Assembly: GCA_963840855.1 (NCBI GenBank)
Contig: CAWJBB010000030.1
Coordinates: 64,001-128,000, forward strand
Length of the DNA: 64,000 nt
Reading direction: 5' to 3'
Source of the DNA: an uncultured delta proteobacterium
GTDB taxonomy: Bacteria; Desulfobacterota; Binatia; UBA9968
Shown here: in pieces, positions 19,638 to 27,881 of the stretch
Layout: each line of letters opens with the position of its first letter
Numbering within the stretch: position 1 is the first letter of the stretch
Program-made: the position numbers and the translations under genes
The notes under the pieces: generated by a model
Seen by the model: only the letters and a program-made list of their open reading frames with translations
Databases searched by the model: none
What the model was told of the DNA's origin: nothing

Positions 19638-20621
19638 TCACGCCGATTCGAGCAGACCGCGTCGCACTAGATCCTGTGCCAACTTCACCTTGTAGACGTT
19701 GTCCTTCAATGGCTTAGCCCCTTCGAGGGCAATGACACCGGCTTGCTGGGCGACGGTGTCGTCGATCTTCTTGCCACGCAGGAAGGATTCGGCTCCTGGC
19801 GCGCGCCAGGGGATCGGCGCGACGCCGCCGAGGACCAGGCGTGCGTCGCGCGCTACGCCGCCGCTGCTTTGGACGACGGTAGCGACGGCGACGATGGCGT
19901 GATCCCAGGCCTGGCGCTCGCGGACTTTATGATAGTAACCTTTGCTACCGGCTTTCGGTGTCGGAACGAAAATCTCTGTGACGATTTCGCCGGTCTTGAG
20001 AACGTTTTCTCGTCTATAGTCCACCGATGGCAGCACGAAAAATTTCTCTAGGGGAATGGCTCTTTCACCCGCTGGCCCGGCGATCTTAATCTGCGCATCC
20101 AGTGCTACCAGCGCCGGGGCGGTATCCGACGGGTGGACAATGTAGCTCGGCCCGCCGCCCAGGATGGCGTGAAAACGGCCGTCGCCGGTCACGGTGTAAC
20201 AGAGCTGGCCGCCTTTTCGCAGGCAGTTGAAGTTTGAAGAGCGAAAATACCAGCAGAAGGGTCGCTGGCAGATGTTGCCGCCGATGGTGCCGGCGTTGCG
20301 AATCTGCGGCGAAGCTGCTTCACCCGCTGCCGTCGAGAGAATCAGCAGCTTATCACGCACGCCCGGATGATCTTCTACATCCGCCAGGGTTGTCAGCGCG
20401 CCGATACGAAAACCGCCGCGCTCCTCTTTGATCGTATTCAAACCGGGAATGGTTTTGAGGTTGATAACATAGTCGGGAGCCAGAACATCGTCTTTCACGA
20501 GCTGTAACGCTTCGCTGCCGCCGCCGACCACCAGGGCCGGCTTTTTTTCCTGATGGAATTTTTGCAGCAGCGCGACCGCCTGACCTACGCTTTTGACATC
20601 GATATTTTCAAATGACTTCAT
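19638..20621 (-). CDS. Xanthine dehydrogenase-family FAD subunit (PaoB/YagS-like) with 4Fe-4S insert
   Basis: GGGS, IGALTTL, ASPQIRNAGTIGGN, CQRPFCWYFR..CLRKGG.LC, HPSDTAPAL, LGGVAPIPWR. Confidence 0.9.
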   Translation of the reverse strand: MKSFENIDVKSVGQAVALLQKFHQEKKPALVVGGGSEALQLVKDDVLAPDYVINLKTIPGLNTIKEERGGFRIGALTTLADVEDHPGVRDKLLILSTAAGEAASPQIRNAGTIGGNICQRPFCWYFRSSNFNCLRKGGQLCYTVTGDGRFHAILGGGPSYIVHPSDTAPALVALDAQIKIAGPAGERAIPLEKFFVLPSVDYRRENVLKTGEIVTEIFVPTPKAGSKGYYHKVRERQAWDHAIVAVATVVQSSGGVARDARLVLGGVAPIPWRAPGAESFLRGKKIDDTVAQQAGVIALEGAKPLKDNVYKVKLAQDLVRRGLLESA

Positions 20622-20636
20622 CGGTTTCTTCCTCCA

Positions 20637-22850
20637 TCAGACCTGGCGCGCCTGCAAGATCTTGTCTGGTGTAATCGGCAACTCTTTGATCCGCCTTCCC
20701 GTGGCGTTGAAGATTGCATTGGCGATGGTCGCCACAGCGGGCGTGATCGGCGGCTCGCCCACTACTTTGCCGCCGAAGGGACCGAAGGGGTCTGGATGCT
20801 CGATAAAGATCACCTCGACCTCGGGCGCTTCCAGATGAGTCGGAACTTTGGCGTCGCGATAGTTGGGGTTGATGGGAATGCCGGTCACGCGGTCGGTGAT
20901 CAACTCCTCGGTAAAAGCCATGCCGATTCCCTGTACAATGCCGCCCTTGATCTGGCTCTCGGCGGCAAGCCGGTTAATGATCGTGCCGGAATCATGGGCC
21001 GCGACGTAGCGCGTAATGCTCACGTGGCCGGTCCAGGTATCGACTTCCACCTCGGCGAAATGCGCCGCGAAGCTTTTGCCTTCCACGTCTTTGAACGACG
21101 GGTTTGTCGTCGCGCGGCCGATGAGTTCACCGGCTCGTGAAACAACGCGCGCCAGTGGAAGCTTGCGTGAGGGCTCGGTCTTGACGAAAACTTCGCTGTT
21201 TCGCAGGTCCAATTCTTCCGCTTTAGCTTTTAATTGCCCGGCCGCAAGAGCAAAAATTTGCCGCCGCGCATCTTCGGCGGCGGCGATTACCGCCGGTCCG
21301 GTAAAAGGGGTCGTTCGGCTACCCGACTCGCCGACGGAATAAGGCGTCACATCGGTGTCACCGTTGGTAACCTGAAACTGATTGAGCGGAACACCGAGGG
21401 CCTCCGCGGCGATGATCGCCATGGTGGACTTGGCTCCGGTGCCGATGTCTGTGACACCGACTAAGAGATGCGCCGTGCCGTCGGGATTGACACGAATGGT
21501 CGCGGCCCCAAGGCCGGGCCGGAAAGGATATCCCCCCAGCGCCATACCGATGCCGTGCTTCTTAGCATCGCCCATGGCGCCCGGTTTATGCCATTTTTCT
21601 TGCCAGCCGATGCGCTTCGAACCTTCGACGATGCACTCGTCTAAATGATTTGAGGTGAATGGAATCTTGCTCTTGTACTTTTGAATCCGGTTCTTCGTGA
21701 ACATGTCGAGCGGGTTGAGACCCATCTCGTGGGCGATGTGATCGAGAAATGACGCAAAGCCGAAAACCGACTGCGGGTACGCCGGCGCGCGGTAGTTGGC
21801 GCCCACCACCGTGTTGGTGTGCACCGGTTTTATGTGCTTCTTGAAATTGGCGATCTGATAAAAATCGGTGCCGCTTAGGTTGCCGCTGGACTTCCGATAG
21901 GCGCCGACGTTGGTGACCGCGTCGAGGGAAACGGCCGTGATAGTGCCGTCTTTTTTCACGCCGATTTTGTATTTTTGCTCGGATGCCCAGCGGCCATGCA
22001 TGCCGATGTAGTCATCCTCTCGGGTGAACTCCAGTTTCACCGGCTGGTTGCAAATCCTGGCAAGCGCCGCCGCCATGTAATCGTAATCCTGCGCCTGGTT
22101 TTTGTTGCCGAAGCCGCCGCCCATATATTTGCACACGATGCGCACTCTGCTGAGCGGCAAATTAAAATCTTTAGCGATGTCCGTACGCGCATTGGAAACT
22201 CCCTGGGTGGAGGCGTACACGGTCAATTTGCCGGAATCCCATTTGGCGATGCTGACGCGCCGCTCGAGCTGCGCGTTGTTGGTATGCTTGGTAATGTAGG
22301 TATCTTCGAAAACCCGGTCCGCATCCTTGAAGCCCTGGTCGAGGTCGCCCCACGATTCTTCAATGGGGGCGCTGAAGTTGCCCTTGCCGACGGATAGATT
22401 GCCGTCGGTGGATATCTTCGGCGCGTCGGGCTTGAGCGCTTCATTAGCATCGAACACATGGGGCAACTTTTCATATTTGACTGCGATCAGCGCCAGCGCC
22501 TGCTCGGCGATATGCCGGTCCGTTGCCGCCACCGCCGCCACCGCGTCGCCGACGAAACGAACCGGGTTGTTAAAAATGAAGCGCGGGTGCGTGTGGCCGC
22601 CGCTGGACCAGGGAATCATCGCGTTGCCATGATGAATCACTGCCTTCACCCCCGGCAGTTTTTCGGCCTTGGATGCATCGATGCCGATGATTTTGGCGTG
22701 CGGGTGCGGGCTGCGCAAAACGCGCGCGTAGAGCATGCCCGGCAGCTGAATGTCGCCTGTATATTGCGCCTGACCGGTGACGCGTTCGTAGGCGTCGATA
22801 CGCGGGATTTTTTTGCCGACGACGGAAAATTCTTTTTGTGCCTGTGCCAT
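20637..22850 (-). CDS. Xanthine dehydrogenase-family molybdopterin subunit (PaoC/YagR-like)
   Basis: RIDAYERVTGQAQYTGD, LRSPHPHA, MGGGFGNK, DIGTG, GSRT, HDSG..IN, SQIKGGIVQGIG, GGKVVGEP, NAIFNATG. Confidence 0.92.
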   Translation of the reverse strand: MAQAQKEFSVVGKKIPRIDAYERVTGQAQYTGDIQLPGMLYARVLRSPHPHAKIIGIDASKAEKLPGVKAVIHHGNAMIPWSSGGHTHPRFIFNNPVRFVGDAVAAVAATDRHIAEQALALIAVKYEKLPHVFDANEALKPDAPKISTDGNLSVGKGNFSAPIEESWGDLDQGFKDADRVFEDTYITKHTNNAQLERRVSIAKWDSGKLTVYASTQGVSNARTDIAKDFNLPLSRVRIVCKYMGGGFGNKNQAQDYDYMAAALARICNQPVKLEFTREDDYIGMHGRWASEQKYKIGVKKDGTITAVSLDAVTNVGAYRKSSGNLSGTDFYQIANFKKHIKPVHTNTVVGANYRAPAYPQSVFGFASFLDHIAHEMGLNPLDMFTKNRIQKYKSKIPFTSNHLDECIVEGSKRIGWQEKWHKPGAMGDAKKHGIGMALGGYPFRPGLGAATIRVNPDGTAHLLVGVTDIGTGAKSTMAIIAAEALGVPLNQFQVTNGDTDVTPYSVGESGSRTTPFTGPAVIAAAEDARRQIFALAAGQLKAKAEELDLRNSEVFVKTEPSRKLPLARVVSRAGELIGRATTNPSFKDVEGKSFAAHFAEVEVDTWTGHVSITRYVAAHDSGTIINRLAAESQIKGGIVQGIGMAFTEELITDRVTGIPINPNYRDAKVPTHLEAPEVEVIFIEHPDPFGPFGGKVVGEPPITPAVATIANAIFNATGRRIKELPITPDKILQARQV

Positions 22851-22862
22851 GACGACCTCCTG

Positions 22863-23480
22863 TTAGCGAGCCTTCGCCGCGGCGAGTACCGCCGCGACCT
22901 CGCGGTTGTAGTTGCCACAGCGGCAAAGATTGCCCGATAGCCCGCGCCGCACTTCGGCTTCCGTCGGATTGGGCTTCTTCAGCAGCAATGCCTTGCCCGA
23001 CATGATCTGCCCCGGCGTGCAAAAGCCGCACTGCGGGCCGTCATGTTCGATAAATGCCTCCTGGACCGGATCGAGCTTGTCGCCCTTGGCCAGGCCCTCG
23101 ATGGTGAGAATCTCTTTGCCCTCCATCCACACCGCCAGCTGGCTGCACGAATACAGGTTGCGGCCGTTGATCATCACGGTGCAAGCGCCGCACTCGCCGC
23201 GGTCACAGCCGATCTTGGTGCCGGTGAGGCCGAGCTGGTCGCGCAGCACTTCGGCAAGCGTATTTCGGTGCTCGACTTCGACTTTATAATTCTTACCGTT
23301 GACTTTTAGGCTGAGAGTCGACCTCCCCCGCGCCGTCCCCACCGCTTCTTGGGTATAAGCCTCGACCTCGTCGGGCTTGACTAACCCCGTAGAGACCACG
23401 GCGGTGCCGATGGCCCCGCCGCCGATGCCTTTGAGGAAATCGCGCCGCGATACCCCTTTGCCATTTCTTTCTGCTTCCAT
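22863..23480 (-). CDS. 2x[2Fe-2S] subunit with a Tat signal (PaoA/YagT-like)
   Basis: SRRDFLK twin-arginine motif; GTKIGCDRGECGACTV, QCGFCTPGQI, GNLCRCG. Confidence 0.92.
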   Translation of the reverse strand: MEAERNGKGVSRRDFLKGIGGGAIGTAVVSTGLVKPDEVEAYTQEAVGTARGRSTLSLKVNGKNYKVEVEHRNTLAEVLRDQLGLTGTKIGCDRGECGACTVMINGRNLYSCSQLAVWMEGKEILTIEGLAKGDKLDPVQEAFIEHDGPQCGFCTPGQIMSGKALLLKKPNPTEAEVRRGLSGNLCRCGNYNREVAAVLAAAKAR

Positions 23481-23620
23481 AATATGCTTGCCTCCTTCGC
23501 TCCCTGTTAACAGGAATTGATTTGGGAGTGATCAAAGCTTCCACGGAACGGGTATCGCTGTCAATGGAAAAATTCGCCTTGCCGCCTCGGAGCAAAATCG
23601 CTAAACTTCCCCGCAAAGCC

Positions 23621-24547
23621 ATGGCGGACGAAACCCGGCTCATTTCCGAAGGCGCAGCACTCGATGAGTTCCTCGACGAACTTCAACGGGAACAACAGGT
23701 TAAAGAGATCGCTGGTTGGGATACCGCTTTTGCCAATCTCACCCGCGCCCTGGACGGCATCCTTCCCGGTCTTTATCTGCTTGTCGGGCCGGCGGCCTGT
23801 GGAAAGACGTCATTCGCCAAACAACTGCTGGATCAGGTGGCCATGCGTAACGATGCCATCGGAATTTTCTTCAGCTTCGCCGAATCCAAGAATGAACTAA
23901 GAATCAAAACCCTCGCGCGCTTGAGCGGCATCGAGACCAGGGAGATACGCCGCGGCAGCGCCTATCTACTCCATTGGTACGGCGTTCCTCGGCTACGCGG
24001 CAATGAAACCGAGCAACTCTCGCCCAGTTGGGAGAGGGTAAGACACGCCGCCGAAGGCGCGAGGACCTGGTTGGATTCGATATTTTTGCTGGAGTGCGGC
24101 GCGGGCACGACAACGGCAGCGTTGGAGGCGCATATGCGCGAGACTCGCGCGACAACGAATAAGCGAAAAATTATCGCTGTGATCGACGACTGTCAACGGC
24201 TTGGCGGCGATCAACCGTTACAAGCGCGCCTCCCGCTGGTGACCGAGCGGTTGCAGTCGCTGGCCAAGAATACGAACGCGGCGCTGCTTGCCGTCTGGCC
24301 CGACCTCCGGGAAAACGGAGAAATTGCACCGCAAACATGGGCCGAAAGAGCGTTGGGAACTGACGTCGTCATGGTCATGGAAGCCGACCCGGAGCGAACC
24401 AAGAAGCTTACAGAGCCCAATCAGGCGCTGATCCTCAACATCGTCAAGAATCGAGGTGGAGAAAGGGGTAAATTGGCCTTCGACTTTCTGCCCGCTTTCT
24501 CGCGGTTCGTCGAGGCGGCTGAAAATCGACAAACTCGCTCGCTATGA
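23621..24547 (+). CDS. DnaB-like RecA-fold ATPase (helicase C-terminal domain only)
   Basis: Walker A GPAACGKTS, FFSFAES, Walker B VIDDCQRL, LNIVKNRGG; no DnaB N-terminal domain. Confidence 0.75.
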   Translation: MADETRLISEGAALDEFLDELQREQQVKEIAGWDTAFANLTRALDGILPGLYLLVGPAACGKTSFAKQLLDQVAMRNDAIGIFFSFAESKNELRIKTLARLSGIETREIRRGSAYLLHWYGVPRLRGNETEQLSPSWERVRHAAEGARTWLDSIFLLECGAGTTTAALEAHMRETRATTNKRKIIAVIDDCQRLGGDQPLQARLPLVTERLQSLAKNTNAALLAVWPDLRENGEIAPQTWAERALGTDVVMVMEADPERTKKLTEPNQALILNIVKNRGGERGKLAFDFLPAFSRFVEAAENRQTRSL

Positions 24548-24930
24548 TAGCGCGCAGTTGCCGCGCCGATCCGATCTCCTCGATTCGGTATTTAGCCTGC
24601 TGGAGAATCATGCTCTGCGCGCCGTCACCTCGGCCGTGACAATGGCGGAGATTCTTAAAAAGCCGTTTGCCGATTAAAAACTTCTCTCTGGCCGATGAGA
24701 TCAAGTTCACGCTTCACTCTTTCTCTTGGCTTTCCGTCGCGTCGATCGACGCGAGGCCGGCGGAAACTGCGGCGCTTATTCGAGCACGCTATGCCATCCG
24801 CCTGCCCGACGCGCTGCAGTTCGCCGCGGCGGTCCAAGCAGAAGCCACCCTGTTTTTGACCAACGATAAACGAGTAAAAAAAGTCGAAGCGGTTGAAGTG
24901 CTGGTGCTGTCCGACTTTCTTCAAAGCTGA
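24519..24930 (+). pseudogene. PIN-domain (VapC-like) gene, decayed
   Basis: AVTSAVTMAEILKKP, frameshift near 24675, then AALIRARYAIRLPDALQFAAA..FLTND; the N-terminal LDT strand and start codon are missing. Confidence 0.75.
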
Positions 24931-24935
24931 GAACA

Positions 24936-25715
24936 TCAAGCTTCCGGTGAGAATTTTTGGTGGGGTTCTATAAGCGGCGACTCCCACTGGTAGCATCGAA
25001 TCGGGCGCGGATCGCCCTGTACTACTAGTGCCCCCTGGTATCCGACACAAAGAGTAAGCTCGGTTAGAGACCAGTCGGGCACGCTCGCATTAATCCGTAC
25101 CTGTTGATCAGCAGCCAGGGTAATTACAACTTCATCGAGCTTGCCCGACAAGCCCGTACCCTTAGCCTTTAAGAACGCTTCTTTGCTGGTCCAACATTTG
25201 AAGAAAGCTTCGCGCTGAAGCGTTTGCGGCAACTCGCATAGCGCCGCGACTTCTTTGGTGGTAAAGAACCGCCGGGCAAGCTCGTCGAAAGAAAATTGCC
25301 TCTTGACGAATTCCACATCGACGCCCACCGCTCTCTGCCGAGCGACGGCAACCAATGCGACCTCGTGGGAGTGGGAGAGATTGAACTCCAAACCGCCTGC
25401 GGCTTGTGGCGGAGCGAGCGCGGGTTTGCCTTGAGGTCCTGAGACAAAGTGAATCTCATCCGCGGCAACTCGCAGGTATTTAGCCAATAGCGAGCGCAAA
25501 GCGACATGGGCGGCGATATAAAGCCGGCGGTCTTTAACGAACTTGAACCGCGCGGCTCGCTCTTTCTCCTCTTCCGATAGGGACGTGGCCAAAAGGTCAG
25601 GGGGAATATCTTTCGCGCCAGCATTAACCAACCAGACATGAACTTCGTCGTCGTTCAGTTCGACGGCGTTAGGTGGCAAAGGCCAAAGGTTATCGGAACA
25701 TTCCGCGGCGGCCAC
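24936..25715 (-). CDS. Sfp-type 4'-phosphopantetheinyl transferase
   Basis: EVHVW, LSEEEKERAARF, GKP, FNLSHS, VGVDVE, FFKCWTSKEAFLKAKGTGL. Confidence 0.92.
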   Translation of the reverse strand: MAAAECSDNLWPLPPNAVELNDDEVHVWLVNAGAKDIPPDLLATSLSEEEKERAARFKFVKDRRLYIAAHVALRSLLAKYLRVAADEIHFVSGPQGKPALAPPQAAGGLEFNLSHSHEVALVAVARQRAVGVDVEFVKRQFSFDELARRFFTTKEVAALCELPQTLQREAFFKCWTSKEAFLKAKGTGLSGKLDEVVITLAADQQVRINASVPDWSLTELTLCVGYQGALVVQGDPRPIRCYQWESPLIEPHQKFSPEA

Positions 25716-25745
25716 GTCAATATACCTTTCCTTGTGAAGAAAGAA

Positions 25746-25911
25746 TTCACCACGAAGGCATGAGCTTACGCTCGCCCACAGATCACGAAGGGATGGAGAG
25801 ATTCCATTTTCCTAGCAACTTTGTGTTCCTTCTCGTACGCCGTGCCTCTGCCGGTCAGATCATCTTCCATTCCTTTCGTTGCGGCTTCGCTCGCTGGGCC
25901 TTCGTGGTGAA
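25746..25911. repeat. 166-nt element bounded by 14-bp inverted repeats (MITE/REP-like)
   Basis: TTCACCACGAAGGC ... GCCTTCGTGGTGAA, with an internal second CACGAAGG. Confidence 0.65.
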
Positions 25912-25919
25912 AAGCTAAC

Positions 25920-26201
25920 TTAGCGCGAGAGCTTGCGGTTGCTCAAGCGGTAAATGAAGGCGAGGATTTCAGCCACCGCTTTGTAGACCTCGGCAGGCAC
26001 TTCCTGATGGAGATCGAGGCGGGAAAGAATCTGCAAAAGGTTTTTGTCCTGGCGAATGGGGATGTCGTGTTGTCGCGCCAGCTCGAGAATTTTCTCGGCG
26101 AGGTAGCCGCGCCCTTTGCCGGTGATCTTCGGCGCCCGGTCTTTCTTGGGCTCGTAGCGCAGTGCCACCGCTTGTTTTTGCTTGTTCGTCGATGGGTCCA
26201 T
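25920..26201 (-). CDS. FlhB C-terminal-like protein (FlhX/YlqH; EscU/YscU family cytoplasmic domain)
   Basis: AVALRY....APKITGKG.G..AEKILELARQHDIPIRQD..L...L..LD...EVP.EVYKAVAEILAFIY. Confidence 0.9.
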   Translation of the reverse strand: MDPSTNKQKQAVALRYEPKKDRAPKITGKGRGYLAEKILELARQHDIPIRQDKNLLQILSRLDLHQEVPAEVYKAVAEILAFIYRLSNRKLSR

Positions 26202-26202
26202 G

Positions 26203-27375
26203 TCAGGCCTTCATGTCGAGCAGGTGCATCGAAGACGGCGCGCCCACCGCCAGCGCCGCGAATTTTTCCTGCTTCTCTTGCGACAATTCCCTGAGCGGCT
26301 TTGCCGCCAACAGCACATCGCGGTAGCCGAGCGCCATCAGCATTTCACGGAAGCCCGGCAACTCTTGCCGGATCAACCGTAGAGATTCCTCGCGATCTAG
26401 ATAGAACACCGCGCGTAATTCCTTGGCGTCGATATGGGCGTCGATGCGCGTGCGCCCGAAGTTTTCCAAATCGAGGAGAAAGAGCAGGGAGTAGCGGCCT
26501 TTTTCCCTGGCTTGATTGCCCGCCGGACCGTGGCCGTCCTGTTCCACCGCCAGCGCCGCGGTGGAGAACCCGGCGCCGGTGAAAAAAGGAATCTGCATTC
26601 GGAAAGCGCCGCCGTCCAGTTGCGCCACCAGGTTAACGGCTTGCTGGGTCTCAAGATTGTCGAGCTGGGCGCTGAGAGCGTTCTGCAGACCGGCAGAAAA
26701 CGCTCTGGCTTTAGCCTCTTGCAGCGCGGAAAGCAGTAAACCTTTAAGATCGTGATCAGGGATTTCCGGCAACTGCTCGGGATCATGCGCCGCCGCATCG
26801 AAGAGTTTGGCCTCGTAAAAAAGCCCGCCGTCCCGGGCCAGAACTTCGAGCTTCTCCGGAGTGGGCGGTGTACCGCCGGCCAAAAGCGTTGCAATCGAAT
26901 CGCGCAGTTTCGCCAGCTTGTCTGGGGTCGGGGCGGTGTCAGTCCGTGGATCGACGTAGGCGGCCAATTCGAATTGCAAAGAATCCATCAGTTCACCTGA
27001 GTCGGCGTGGGCCGGCAGACGGGTGCGGAGTAACCGCGCTGCTTCGGATTCAATGGTGGGTTCGAGATCGGTGATATGGAGCACGACGTTGGGCTGGAGC
27101 TGCTCTACGCGCAAGCGCACCTGTTGCCCGGCGCCAAGTCCGCCGGGGCCGTCGGCTTCAATCAATGTAGCGCCAATTTTCACCAGCAACCGTCCGCCGT
27201 CCAACTCTTCCAGGACGAGGGCGTCAAGTTCCTGTCCGAGTTCCAGCGGCGGCAACGCGCCGGTTGCCCCATGTTGGGAAACCAGATTGCGCGGCACCCG
27301 GTCGTTGTTGGCCGAGGTTATCTCCTGCCCTTGGACGAGCGGCGCGGAGACGGATTTGGGCGCGTCGATTCTCAC
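26203..27375 (-). CDS. FliK-like (hook-length control) domain protein
   Basis: GLFYEAKL, DLKGLL, QIPF, C-terminal LDLENFG.TRIDA..L...FY; 1-nt gap to the FlhB-C gene. Confidence 0.7.
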   Translation of the reverse strand: MRIDAPKSVSAPLVQGQEITSANNDRVPRNLVSQHGATGALPPLELGQELDALVLEELDGGRLLVKIGATLIEADGPGGLGAGQQVRLRVEQLQPNVVLHITDLEPTIESEAARLLRTRLPAHADSGELMDSLQFELAAYVDPRTDTAPTPDKLAKLRDSIATLLAGGTPPTPEKLEVLARDGGLFYEAKLFDAAAHDPEQLPEIPDHDLKGLLLSALQEAKARAFSAGLQNALSAQLDNLETQQAVNLVAQLDGGAFRMQIPFFTGAGFSTAALAVEQDGHGPAGNQAREKGRYSLLFLLDLENFGRTRIDAHIDAKELRAVFYLDREESLRLIRQELPGFREMLMALGYRDVLLAAKPLRELSQEKQEKFAALAVGAPSSMHLLDMKA

Positions 27376-27451
27376 CGTTATATTATCGGCACTTTGGGGT
27401 GAACGGTTTACCGCTCGGAACGGCGGCTACTTTTGGCGGGATTCCGGCGTC

Positions 27452-27790
27452 TTAGGCCAGCTTTTCATTCTGGTTTTCCGCGCCGCCTTTTACAATCACC
27501 CGATTGCCGTCGCGGCAGATGTCCAGATCGCAGGGACCGTTAAAGAAAATCATCGTGCGCGGGTGCTCATAGACCGTTGTCTTGTGCGGAATTTCCTCGA
27601 CGTAAATGTCGAAGATCGTGCCTGCAGGCAGGTTGACGGTTTTCGTGTGCATGAGGTCGCCTTCGAAGATAACCTCGATCCAGGAGCGGTTCTCCGAGAC
27701 GGCGAGAATGACACCGGCGGCGTTTTTAATCGTCGCGATCGGTTCTTCAGCGCCAGCGTCATTCATATTGCCAGGATTGAAGCTTTTCAC
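27452..27790 (-). CDS. Hypothetical beta-rich protein
   Basis: 112-aa ORF co-oriented with its neighbours; no family recognised. Confidence 0.6.
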   Translation of the reverse strand: MKSFNPGNMNDAGAEEPIATIKNAAGVILAVSENRSWIEVIFEGDLMHTKTVNLPAGTIFDIYVEEIPHKTTVYEHPRTMIFFNGPCDLDICRDGNRVIVKGGAENQNEKLA

Positions 27791-27881
27791 AGCTTACGCA
27801 ATTTTTCTGCGACACATTAATCACGGCGCTAGCATTCGAGAAATAGCTCTCTCTTTTTTGCGTTCTTTACGGCTAAATCCC

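Noticed and set aside
23621-24930. Prophage or integrative element
   Set aside because: No integrase, primase, structural genes, att repeats or compositional shift.
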